A stretch of DNA of 64,000 nucleotides from a virus: positions 24,152-88,151 of the IMG/VR virus record IMGVR_UViG_3300035703_000049; one strand, 5' to 3'. This document shows positions 38,674 to 47,914 of the stretch, in pieces. The number at the start of each line of letters is the position of its first letter. Within the stretch, counting starts at the first letter, position 1. The notes beneath the pieces were generated by a model. The model was given only the letters and a program-made list of their open reading frames with translations, was not told the DNA's origin and made no database searches. The translations under genes were made by a program, and so were the position numbers.

Positions 38674-39507
38674 TTAATAACCTGGAGCGAAAAAATTTGC
38701 AGGATCAAAATCAATAGAGGTATCATATGTTTTTGAACAACTTTCGCATTGTGCAGTAAGTTTTGGTAACTTATAATTTGATACGTATTCATTTATCATA
38801 TTTTTAACTTTATCAAACATTTCTTTATCTGCTTGCGTGATAAATTCTGTAATTTCAAAATGATCTGTAACTTTTTCGTAATCTGAAGTAATAATTGCTG
38901 CTATACTATGAGCTAACCGATTGTTTACGTTTTTAGCAATTTTCCTCATCGTATTTCCTATTATTTCTGAACGTTGTTCGGTTGTAATATTAGGTTGACC
39001 TAACTGTTGAAGCATTCTGTTTTCTTCATAACTATCAATATTAAAAGAGTTAATTTCTTTAAAGTTAAGTGGTTTTAATTCAAAAGTTAAATCGTTAATA
39101 GTTGACATTTTTTCCCAATTTGGTTGTTGAATATTTTCCATTATCCAACGACAATCAACTTCGTTATCATTAATAGAATTACAGTGAGGGCATTTACTTT
39201 CTAATTTTAAGTTAGGGCCATATGTTGCTATTCGTATTGCTAATAAAATATAATCTAAATCTGGTCTTGGTATATCCCAAGCATTCCTAATGTTTGGACA
39301 ACAACTTTGAATCATATCAACTGTTGCAGATCCATTCATCAATGCATCGGCATTTTTTAAAAGTAAGTCATCTTTCCCAGTCATGCTTAACACTGGCATT
39401 TCTTTATTTTCTGGTAAATTTATCGATCCTGCTGGCCACCATTTACCATTGCTAGGCAATTGAATGAATAATTTTGGTTGTCTAAAGTGCTTTGATAATG
39501 CTGACAT
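38674..39507 (-). CDS. Baseplate hub assembly chaperone, T4 gp26-like
   Basis: FRQPKLFIQLPSNG, MTGKDDLLLKNADALMNG, DLDYILLAIRIATYG, two CxxC pairs, C-terminal FDPANFF. Confidence 0.8.
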   Translation of the reverse strand: MSALSKHFRQPKLFIQLPSNGKWWPAGSINLPENKEMPVLSMTGKDDLLLKNADALMNGSATVDMIQSCCPNIRNAWDIPRPDLDYILLAIRIATYGPNLKLESKCPHCNSINDNEVDCRWIMENIQQPNWEKMSTINDLTFELKPLNFKEINSFNIDSYEENRMLQQLGQPNITTEQRSEIIGNTMRKIAKNVNNRLAHSIAAIITSDYEKVTDHFEITEFITQADKEMFDKVKNMINEYVSNYKLPKLTAQCESCSKTYDTSIDFDPANFFAPGY

Positions 39508-39529
39508 TTTGATTCCTTGTCTTTTTGGC

Positions 39530-39557
39530 TATAAATATTTGCGTATATCTATATTTA
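39530..39557. promoter_or_regulatory. Overlapping divergent late promoters (gp26-like and tape-measure-like genes)
   Basis: TATAAATA on + at 39530-37 and TAAATA on - at 39552-57. Confidence 0.55.
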
Positions 39558-39569
39558 TGTGAGCATATA

Positions 39570-41852
39570 ATGACAGTTAAAGGTACATTTGGTAAAGAAG
39601 ATATTGAGTTATATAACGCCGCAGAAGAAGATACCCTGCGTAGATTATTATATGTTACAGAACTTAATAGTAAAGCAGATAAAAAAACTCTAGATGCGAT
39701 TGGAAAAGGAATATCATCATCAAATGATGGTCTTGAAGATTTAGATCGTGCAAGCAGTAGATCATCTGATGGTTTAGAAGAACTTGCATCAAGCACAAAA
39801 AATTCAAATAAAGCATTTGGGGATTTTAGTCGTGATTTTAAATGGCATTCAAAATTATTAATTGATGGGTTTAAAAATGCTGATCCACAACAAATACTTG
39901 AAAGTTCAATCGAAGTAATACAAGATGGCCTAAAAGGCATAGCAGCATTATCTCCAGCATTAGCTGTTCCTGCTGGTGCAGCAGGGTTAGCATTAGAAGG
40001 TTTATCGTTAGTTGGTGGTGCTGCAATTGGTGCGTTAGAGGGATTTAGTCAACGCACAAAAGAACTTGCTCAATCTGGTGTTATTCTTGGTGAAGGTGTA
40101 GCTACATTTAGTAATCAAGTTCTTGATTCAGGTATTACCCTTGGTCAATATACAAAATTTGTAACTGAAAATGCTGATTCATTACGTTTAATTGGTGGTT
40201 CTGCGAAAGAAGGTAGTAAACAAATTTTAGGATTAAGAAAACAAGTAATTGGTACAGAAGAACAGTTTAATAGACTAGGATTTGCAACTGAAGAAATACC
40301 TAATATTTTATCAGATTTTGCAGAATCAATAACATACACTGGTGGTACATTAGACAATATGTCATCTCAAGAAGTTCAACAAAGAACTGCTGACTATGCT
40401 AAAAATTTAAGGATTATTGCTGATATTACTGGCAAAGATGCAAAATCTAGAAAAGAAGCTTCACGTGCTGCCGCAGCAGAAGCACTAAATCAAAGTTACC
40501 TACTAAAATTACAAAATAGTGGAGTAGAAGGTGCTTTTACTGCATTTGGTAATATAAGTGCTATTGTAGGGGATACTTTAGGACCACAAGCAGCAAAGTT
40601 ATGGTCTCAATATAATACTGATATTGGTGTTGCATTAGACGGACAAACTGCACTTTGGGAGCAAGCTAACCCCGAAGTAGCTGCTGTGTTGCGTGACTAT
40701 AAAGAAAAACTAGCAGCAAATCAAATTACAGCAGAACAAGCAGAAAAAGGAATACTAGCTGCCTTAACAAGTATTCCAGATGAAGCATTAAAAGCAGCAG
40801 CGTTAAGAACTGCTGAACTTGGAAGTGCTAGTGCGATGGGAGCCAAAGGGCTTGAAGCGTTCGAAGAGGTAAACAAACAAATAATTGGAACCGGTCAATT
40901 AATAAAACTTAATTTAAAAGAATTAGAAAATAATATGACCGCAGCCAAAACTACAAGAGATCAAATTACACAAGGTATTGTTAATTTAGAAGCAACAAAA
41001 CAACAATTAGAAATATTACAATCAAAAACTGCTATATCTATCGCCACACTTGCTGGTCCAATGATGTCTGAAGCATTAGAAAAACTAGTTGGTAGTGTAA
41101 ATTACGCTGCAGATATGATTAGAATACAAACTTTACCTGAAAGAGAACAACAAATATCCTCAACTCTTTCTAAACTTGAAAATGCTCCAGAATCAGTTAC
41201 AGGTGAAGAATTAGATGATATGATAATGGCAATGCAAAGAGAGTATAGATATAGAATAGAACAAGAAGGCGGAGTTGAAGGATGGGCGCTTTGGTTAACT
41301 AAACCAATTCAATTATTGGCAGATAATATAGAAGATGCAATAGGAGCAGGTAGGGATAATTATACTAATCAACAACTTATAGAATTAACAAAACAGCAAT
41401 TAGATTTTGTTAAAGACCAAAAATCTGATAAACTGTTACCATCAGATAAAGAAAGATATTTGCAAGAAAACCCAGATATTTCGTCAAGAGCTCGTCCAGT
41501 AGAACCTCGTTCAGTTCAATCTGAATCTCCAGTAGAAAGCGAATATCAATTTAATTCAAATCAATATATGCCACACGCAAGAGGCGGTATTATTGATAAA
41601 CCTCGTAAAGTTTTAGTTGGTGAAGCAGGACCAGAATTAATTTTACCAGCAGAAAGAGGATCAAATGGTAAACTTGGTCTTGAAGTATCAGGTGCAATGT
41701 TAGATAACAGTAGACTATTACAATCCTTAGTCAAAGTAAATGAAGATCAAGCAGCAATGATTGCAGGTCTAAATTCACAAATGGCAAATATGAACAACAA
41801 TTTTGAGAAACTTGTATACGAGCAACGTCAAGCAAATAGGCTTGCTGTTTAA
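39570..41852 (+). CDS. Tape-measure / gp29-like tail length protein
   Basis: Ala/Gly/Gln-rich helical protein with a hydrophobic segment and C-terminal ARGGII...LVGEAGPELILP tape-measure motif. The ATG at 39570 is preferred over the track's 39525. Confidence 0.65.
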   Translation: MTVKGTFGKEDIELYNAAEEDTLRRLLYVTELNSKADKKTLDAIGKGISSSNDGLEDLDRASSRSSDGLEELASSTKNSNKAFGDFSRDFKWHSKLLIDGFKNADPQQILESSIEVIQDGLKGIAALSPALAVPAGAAGLALEGLSLVGGAAIGALEGFSQRTKELAQSGVILGEGVATFSNQVLDSGITLGQYTKFVTENADSLRLIGGSAKEGSKQILGLRKQVIGTEEQFNRLGFATEEIPNILSDFAESITYTGGTLDNMSSQEVQQRTADYAKNLRIIADITGKDAKSRKEASRAAAAEALNQSYLLKLQNSGVEGAFTAFGNISAIVGDTLGPQAAKLWSQYNTDIGVALDGQTALWEQANPEVAAVLRDYKEKLAANQITAEQAEKGILAALTSIPDEALKAAALRTAELGSASAMGAKGLEAFEEVNKQIIGTGQLIKLNLKELENNMTAAKTTRDQITQGIVNLEATKQQLEILQSKTAISIATLAGPMMSEALEKLVGSVNYAADMIRIQTLPEREQQISSTLSKLENAPESVTGEELDDMIMAMQREYRYRIEQEGGVEGWALWLTKPIQLLADNIEDAIGAGRDNYTNQQLIELTKQQLDFVKDQKSDKLLPSDKERYLQENPDISSRARPVEPRSVQSESPVESEYQFNSNQYMPHARGGIIDKPRKVLVGEAGPELILPAERGSNGKLGLEVSGAMLDNSRLLQSLVKVNEDQAAMIAGLNSQMANMNNNFEKLVYEQRQANRLAV

Positions 41853-41878
41853 AATAAATAGTACATCGAGGAACAGCA

Positions 41879-43636
41879 ATGGCTTATAAAAAGCATTTTA
41901 GAACACCAAATACAGATGGAAGATTTAGTCCGTTAGGCGGAGGCAGTAACAATGCTGGTGTAATGCCAGAATTTGGTTACAAGAATTATGGTAGCACACT
42001 ACCAGACGTTTATACTGGACATCCAAATAGAATTGAACGTTATACACAGTATGAAAATATGGATACTGATCCAGAAATTAATGCTGCATTAGACATTATT
42101 GCAGACTTTTGTACACAAACTACAGAAGATACTAAAACTGCTTTTACAGTTGATTACAAAGATAAACCAACTAAAACAGAAAACGATATTATTACTGAGC
42201 AACTTAAAGCTTGGTATAACTTAAACGAAATGGAAAAGCGTATTACTAAAATGATACGCAACGTATTAAAGTATGGTGATCAAGTATTCATCCGTGATCC
42301 AGAAACATTCCAACTTTATTGGATTGATATGGCTAAACTTACTAAGATCGTAGTAAATGAAAGTGATGGCAAAGAACCTGAGATGTATTTTATTAAAGAT
42401 CTCAGTCCTAACTTTATGAATCTAACTGCTACAACTAATACAGCAAACGATGTGTATATTAGATCACCACAAACTGGTGGACCAACTGGTAGTTACACAC
42501 TTCCAAATCAACCATACTCAGGTGGTACACGTTTTGCTAACGCACAAAACGAACGTGCGATTGATGCAAAGCATATACTACACTTAAGTTTAACAAGCGG
42601 ATTAGATCCTAACTGGCCATTTGGTATTAGTATTTTAGAAAATATCTTTAAGGTTTACAAACAAAAAGAATTACTAGAGGATGCTATCCTCATTTATCGT
42701 GTACAACGTGCGCCAGAACGACGTGTATTCTATATTGACACTGGTAACATGCCAAGTCACTTAGCTATGCAGTTTGTTGAGCGTGTTAAAAATGAAATCC
42801 ATCAACGTAGAATTCCAACACTTACTGGTGGTGGACAAAACATTATGGATGCAACATACAATCCACTAAGCATCAATGAAGATTACTTCTTCCCGCAAAC
42901 TGCGGAAGGTCGTGGTTCCAAAGTTGAAACACTGCCAGGTGGTGAAAACTTAGGACAAATTGATGACTTACGTTATTTTAATAATAAGCTGCTTAGAGGT
43001 CTTAGGATACCTAGTAGCTACCTTCCTACTGGTCCCGATGATGGTACTATGGCCTACACAGACGGCAAAGTTACTACGGCGCTTATTCAAGAAAATAGAT
43101 TCAACAATTACTGCAAAGGATTGCAAACACTCATCGCTGGAAACTTAGACAGAGAGTTTAAGTTATTTTTACAGTGGCGTGGGTTTAACGTAGACAACAG
43201 TTTGTTTGAATTGAAGTTAAGTGAACCTCTCAACTTTGCTGCTTATCGTAGTATTGATCTTGATGCAAGTCGTATTGGCAACTTTGGTCAACTTGCTGAA
43301 GTGCCTTATCTAAGTAAGCGTTTTGTACTTAAAAAGTACTTAGGACTTACTGAGATTGAGATGAAAGAAAACGAAAAGCTTTGGAAAGAAGAAGCTGGAG
43401 CAGACAAAGCACCTAACGCTGAAGGTACTGATTTGCGTAACGTTGGTATTACTCCAGGCGATATTAGCACTGATATCGAAGGTATTGAAGGTTTTGAAAC
43501 ACCAGAAGGTGGCGAAGAAGGATTACCTGGAGCAGAAGGTGGATTACCTGGAACTGAACCAATGATGGGTGCTCCTGCTGCTGGTGTTCCTGGTGCTACT
43601 CCTGCTGGTGCCGGTGGGCTTCCTGGAACAGTTTAA
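41879..43636 (+). CDS. Portal protein, T4 gp20-like
   Basis: LLEDAILIYRVQRAPERRVFYIDTGNMP, EDYFFP...GRGSKVETLPGGENLG, LRIPSS. Confidence 0.95.
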   Translation: MAYKKHFRTPNTDGRFSPLGGGSNNAGVMPEFGYKNYGSTLPDVYTGHPNRIERYTQYENMDTDPEINAALDIIADFCTQTTEDTKTAFTVDYKDKPTKTENDIITEQLKAWYNLNEMEKRITKMIRNVLKYGDQVFIRDPETFQLYWIDMAKLTKIVVNESDGKEPEMYFIKDLSPNFMNLTATTNTANDVYIRSPQTGGPTGSYTLPNQPYSGGTRFANAQNERAIDAKHILHLSLTSGLDPNWPFGISILENIFKVYKQKELLEDAILIYRVQRAPERRVFYIDTGNMPSHLAMQFVERVKNEIHQRRIPTLTGGGQNIMDATYNPLSINEDYFFPQTAEGRGSKVETLPGGENLGQIDDLRYFNNKLLRGLRIPSSYLPTGPDDGTMAYTDGKVTTALIQENRFNNYCKGLQTLIAGNLDREFKLFLQWRGFNVDNSLFELKLSEPLNFAAYRSIDLDASRIGNFGQLAEVPYLSKRFVLKKYLGLTEIEMKENEKLWKEEAGADKAPNAEGTDLRNVGITPGDISTDIEGIEGFETPEGGEEGLPGAEGGLPGTEPMMGAPAAGVPGATPAGAGGLPGTV

Positions 43637-43658
43637 TTAAATAGTATTGGAGATTACA

Positions 43659-43889
43659 ATGATTTTAACCGAGCTTTTTGATAAACCAGTACCAGAGTTT
43701 CAAGATCAATCACGTGATAACTCAACACTAAAGTATGAGGATAGTCGTAAAACTCGTTTAACTTTAGGTCAAATAAATCGCTTGCGTAAGATGAATGACA
43801 TGCGTGCTTTAGAGCATGAACAAGAGATGGCATTTGTTCGTAAGATGTATGCGCCGCCAACTCCATCACCTGAAATGGGTGGATTGTAA
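43659..43889 (+). CDS. Small head-module protein (gp67-position)
   Basis: GGAG SD plus ATG 43659; DSRKTRLTLGQINRLRKM; lies between the portal and the acidic core protein. Confidence 0.65.
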   Translation: MILTELFDKPVPEFQDQSRDNSTLKYEDSRKTRLTLGQINRLRKMNDMRALEHEQEMAFVRKMYAPPTPSPEMGGL

Positions 43890-44023
43890 TAGCTGTTTAT
43901 GATATTTTTAGTATTATAAGTAGCACGAATCACAAAATTAATCAAAATCTACGCATTTCAGGGTAGATTTCTTCTTATCCATTAAATACTTTTAGATCCA
44001 ATGGATAGAGGAGTATATTTGCC

Positions 44024-44896
44024 ATGGCTAAAACTCAATTTGAAGCTCTTATAGAGCACATTATTAATGATGAAGAAGAAGCAGCTCGTGAGTTGCTCCA
44101 TGATATCGTAGTTCAGACCAGCCGTAAGATTTATAACGAAATGGCTGAAGAAGAAGAGCACGAAGACGAAGAAGAAAAAGTTGACGAAGCTTCATTTGAT
44201 GAAGCTGGTGGCGACATGTCAGACGATATGATTGATGACGTTGAAGCTGACGAAGAAGGCATGGACATGGATATGGACGATGCTGGAGATGAACTTGGTG
44301 ACGAAATGGGCATGGGCGACGAAGAAGGCGACATGGACATGGGCGATGAAGAAGGCGGTGAAGAACTTGAAGATCGCGTAGTTGATCTTGAAGCAGCACT
44401 TGACGAATTAAAGGCTGAATTTGACCAGTTAATGAGCCAAGAAGGTGATGACATGGATATGGGCGACGACGATATGGATATGGACATGGGCGGCGACGAC
44501 GAGATGAACATGCCAAAAGAAGGCATGGTTCGTGAATACGTTGAAAAAGTAAAGCACCCAGCTAACAACGAAGGTCAAACTGTTGGTACAGGTTCAAGCG
44601 ATAAGCCAAGCGTAAACAGCAAGAGCATTATTGACAACATGAAGAACGACATGGGCGGCAGTGTAAAGAACTTAGTACAGGGTGGTGCAGAATCTGCTCC
44701 AGATGGTACTAGTGCTTATAAGAAGCCAAGCAACATGTATGCTAAGGGAATGACAGACGAGCCACTTGGTAAGCGTAATGTTAATCAAGTAGGTGGAAAC
44801 AAAGGCGCAAGCGACTTCTACGGTACAAAAGCTAAAGGCGTAAAGACCAAGGAAGAAGGCGGCGTTAACGATAAGAGCCCACTAGCTAAAGGTTAA
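44024..44896 (+). CDS. Acidic prohead core/scaffold protein (gp68/67-position)
   Basis: Extremely D/E/M-rich (DMDMG repeats), coiled segment LEDRVVDLEAALDELKAEF, located just before the prohead protease. Confidence 0.65.
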   Translation: MAKTQFEALIEHIINDEEEAARELLHDIVVQTSRKIYNEMAEEEEHEDEEEKVDEASFDEAGGDMSDDMIDDVEADEEGMDMDMDDAGDELGDEMGMGDEEGDMDMGDEEGGEELEDRVVDLEAALDELKAEFDQLMSQEGDDMDMGDDDMDMDMGGDDEMNMPKEGMVREYVEKVKHPANNEGQTVGTGSSDKPSVNSKSIIDNMKNDMGGSVKNLVQGGAESAPDGTSAYKKPSNMYAKGMTDEPLGKRNVNQVGGNKGASDFYGTKAKGVKTKEEGGVNDKSPLAKG

Positions 44897-44904
44897 TAGG
44901 TAAA

Positions 44905-45534
44905 GTGATGAAACCACTATTGATAGAAAATCTCAGTTACGATCAAGCAAAGATGGTAACTGAGTCCAGTGAAGATGGAAAAAACCTTTATATGAAGGGC
45001 ATCTTCATTGAAGGTGGTCTCAAAAATCAAAATCAGCGCGTTTATCCTGTAAGCGAGATTAGCCGCGCTGTTCATACAATTAAAGAACAACTTAAGTCAG
45101 GTTACAGTGTGTTGGGTGAGGTAGATCACCCAACAAACCTCCGCATTAACTTAGATCGTGTTTCACACATGATTGAAGATATGTGGATGGATGGTTCTAA
45201 GGGTTGTGGTAAACTTAAGATTTTACCAACACCGATGGGTAACTTAGTTTCAGCAATGCTGCAAGCTGGCGTTAAACTTGGTGTAAGCAGTCGCGGAAGC
45301 GGCAACGTAAATGAAAGTAGCGGCACTGTAAGTGAATTTGAAATAGTCACTGTTGACATTGTTGCTCAACCGTCTGCTCCAAATGCATACCCAACAGCGG
45401 TTTATGAATCGTTAATGAATATGTACGGCGGCCAACGTATTTTACAAATGGCTGGCGAAATGGAAACAGATCCAAGTGTGCGTAAGCACGTAACAGAGGC
45501 AGTAAAACGCCTCATCAATGAACTGAAAATATAA
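44905..45534 (+). CDS. Prohead protease, T4 gp21-like
   Basis: KNQNQRVYP, LGEVDHP, VSH, KILPTPMG, GVSSRGSG, DIVAQPSAPNA. Confidence 0.95.
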   Translation: MMKPLLIENLSYDQAKMVTESSEDGKNLYMKGIFIEGGLKNQNQRVYPVSEISRAVHTIKEQLKSGYSVLGEVDHPTNLRINLDRVSHMIEDMWMDGSKGCGKLKILPTPMGNLVSAMLQAGVKLGVSSRGSGNVNESSGTVSEFEIVTVDIVAQPSAPNAYPTAVYESLMNMYGGQRILQMAGEMETDPSVRKHVTEAVKRLINELKI

Positions 45535-45547
45535 TCAGGAGAATAAG

Positions 45548-46639
45548 ATGCTCGATGCTATCAAAGGCTTGTTCGATAGCGGCATACTGAACGAAGAGTC
45601 TAAGAATCAAATCGAAGAAGCTTGGAATTCCAAGCTAAATGAGGCTCGCGAACAGATTGCTGGTGAACTACGTAGTGAGTTTGCCAACCGTTATGAACAC
45701 GATAAGGCTGTGATGGTCGAAGCTCTTGATAAAATGGTTACAGAAACTCTCTCAGGCGAAGTTACAAAACTTCAAGAGGAGAGGGCCCAGTTGGTCGCAG
45801 ACAGAGCCAAGTTCGTCATGGAAATGAAGGATAAGGCCAACAGATTTGATGCTTTCTTAGGTGAAAACTTAAAGAAGGAAATATCAGAATTTGTTGAGGA
45901 CCGCAAAAAGTTACAGGAAGGACTAGCCAAACTCGAGAAGTTTGTTGTTAGAGCTCTTGCTGAAGAACTTACAGAATTTGCGGAGGACAAGAAAGACCTC
46001 ATTAACACTAAAGTTAAGCTGGTAGCTGAAGCAAAAGAGAAGCTTGAAGGATTGCAAAAGCAGTTCGTCAGTCGCGCTTCTAAGATGGTTCAGGAAGCTG
46101 TTACCACAACAGTAAGAGCCGAAATGACTCAACTCAAGGAAGACATTAAGATTGCTCGCGAGAACAATTTTGGTCGTCGTCTATTCGAGGCATTTGCTAC
46201 TGAATTCTCAGCAACACATCTCAATGAACATGCTGAAATTCGCAAGCTCAAGAACTACGTTGACACATTGTCAAACAAACTTGAGGAAGCAACTAAGGTA
46301 GTTGAAAATACAACTGCATTAGCAGAGTCTAAGGACCGTGAAATTGCAATTATCAAAGATTCAATATCAAGAAAAACTAAACTCGATGAAATGTTAAAGC
46401 CATTAGCTGCTGACAAAGCAACTGTAATGGCAAGCTTGTTGGAATCAGTTTCAACAGATAAAATGGATAGTGCTTTTCAAAAGTATCTTCCAGCTGTTAT
46501 GAATGGAACAAGTATTAAAGCTGATCGTAAGATCGTCAATGAATCTGTAAAAGAAGTTACAGGTGATCGTAATGCCAAATCAGAAGACATCAGCGTAGTA
46601 GACCTAGCTGAAATGAGACGTTTGGCAGGACTAAAGTAA
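45548..46639 (+). CDS. Major prohead scaffold, T4 gp22-like
   Basis: Coiled-coil E/K/A-rich 363-aa protein between gp21 and gp23; GRRLFEAF motif. Confidence 0.8.
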   Translation: MLDAIKGLFDSGILNEESKNQIEEAWNSKLNEAREQIAGELRSEFANRYEHDKAVMVEALDKMVTETLSGEVTKLQEERAQLVADRAKFVMEMKDKANRFDAFLGENLKKEISEFVEDRKKLQEGLAKLEKFVVRALAEELTEFAEDKKDLINTKVKLVAEAKEKLEGLQKQFVSRASKMVQEAVTTTVRAEMTQLKEDIKIARENNFGRRLFEAFATEFSATHLNEHAEIRKLKNYVDTLSNKLEEATKVVENTTALAESKDREIAIIKDSISRKTKLDEMLKPLAADKATVMASLLESVSTDKMDSAFQKYLPAVMNGTSIKADRKIVNESVKEVTGDRNAKSEDISVVDLAEMRRLAGLK

Positions 46640-46652
46640 TTAAGGAAAAACA

Positions 46653-47852
46653 ATGACTCAGAACCTAATTGAGAGCCGTTGGAACGAGACTAAGGAAGCC
46701 TTACTTGAAGGTCTTGCTGGTAATCGTCGCAGCTCTATGGCAGCAGTTCTCGAGAATACTAAGAAGTATCTCGCAGAAAGTGCTTCCGCTGGCGTAACTG
46801 CCGCAGGCAATATCGCTACTCTAAACCGCGTGATTCTTCCAGTAATCCGCCGTGTTATGCCAACTGTTATCGCTAACGAAATCGTTGGTGTACAGCCAAT
46901 GACAGGACCAGTTGGTCAGATTCACACTCTACGTGTTCGCTATGCAGAAAACTTTACAAGCTCTGCAAGCAGCCCACTAGGCACAGACACAGTAGCTGGT
47001 GATGAAGCACTCAGCCCATTCAAGATCGCTCAGGGCTACTCAGGAACACCATCAGGCGTAAACAGCACTGATGACAAGGCTGGTTCAACTAGCTCAATGG
47101 AAGGCGTTCCAGGTCGTAAGCTTTCTGTACAGATCCTCAAGCAGGCTGTAGAAGCTAAGACTCGTAAGCTCAGCGCAAGCTGGACTTTTGAAGCTGCACA
47201 GGATGCACAGGCAATGCACGGTCTTGACATTGAAGCAGAAATTATGGCTGCTCTTGCTCAGGAAATCACTGCTGAAATTGACCAGGAAATCCTATACAGC
47301 CTACGCGCTCTTGCTGCAACTGAAGAAAACTTCAACCAAGCAAGCGTAAGTGGTACTGCTACATTCGTTGGTGACGAGCACGCTGCTCTTGCAGTTCTTG
47401 TTAACCGCGTAGCTAACAAGATTGCTAGCCGCACACGTCGTGGTGCTGGTAACTGGGCAGTTGTAAGTCCACAGGCTCTTACAATCCTCCAGAGCGCAAC
47501 AACTAGTGCTTTCGCACGTACTACAGAAGGTACATTTGAAGCCCCAACTAACACTAAGTTCGTTGGTACACTAAACGGTGCAATGCGCGTATACGTTGAC
47601 AGCTATGCTGCTGACGATACAGCAGTACTTGTTGGTTACAAGGGTTCAAGCGAAGCTGACGCAGCAGCATTCTACTGCCCATACATTCCTCTAATGAGTT
47701 CAGGTGTTGTTCTTAATCCATCAACATTCGAACCAGTAGTTGGATTTATGACACGTTATGCATACACTGAACTCACTAACACTGCAAGCAGCCTCGGCAA
47801 CGCTGGCGACTACTTGGGTGAAGTAAGCATCAGCAACGTAACATTCTCATAA
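46653..47852 (+). CDS. Major capsid protein, T4 gp23-like
   Basis: PVIRRVMPTVIANEIVGVQPMTGPVGQI, VEAKTRKLSASWTFEAAQD, EITAEIDQEI, FYCPYIPL, GFMTRY; strongly biased codon usage. Confidence 0.97.
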   Translation: MTQNLIESRWNETKEALLEGLAGNRRSSMAAVLENTKKYLAESASAGVTAAGNIATLNRVILPVIRRVMPTVIANEIVGVQPMTGPVGQIHTLRVRYAENFTSSASSPLGTDTVAGDEALSPFKIAQGYSGTPSGVNSTDDKAGSTSSMEGVPGRKLSVQILKQAVEAKTRKLSASWTFEAAQDAQAMHGLDIEAEIMAALAQEITAEIDQEILYSLRALAATEENFNQASVSGTATFVGDEHAALAVLVNRVANKIASRTRRGAGNWAVVSPQALTILQSATTSAFARTTEGTFEAPTNTKFVGTLNGAMRVYVDSYAADDTAVLVGYKGSSEADAAAFYCPYIPLMSSGVVLNPSTFEPVVGFMTRYAYTELTNTASSLGNAGDYLGEVSISNVTFS

Positions 47853-47872
47853 TAATTGAGAAAGTATACTCC

Positions 47873-47902
47873 AAGAGAGGGGCAGGTAACTGCCCCTTTT
47901 TT
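47873..47902 (+). terminator. Rho-independent terminator after the major capsid gene
   Basis: AGGGGCAG-GTAA-CTGCCCCT stem followed by a T-run. Confidence 0.9.
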
Positions 47903-47914
47903 CGTAAATAAAAT

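Noticed and set aside
39525-39569. N-terminal extension MAINICVYLYLCEHI of the tape-measure-like ORF
   Set aside because: It overlaps the late promoter boxes and starts upstream of the likely transcription start; ATG 39570 is preferred.
44064-47554. Minus-strand ORFs over the head genes (e.g. 44064-44516, 44131-44568, 47258-47554)
   Set aside because: Shadows caused by low-complexity sequence and biased codon usage of strongly supported plus-strand genes. The same applies to the other short nested ORFs in the track.
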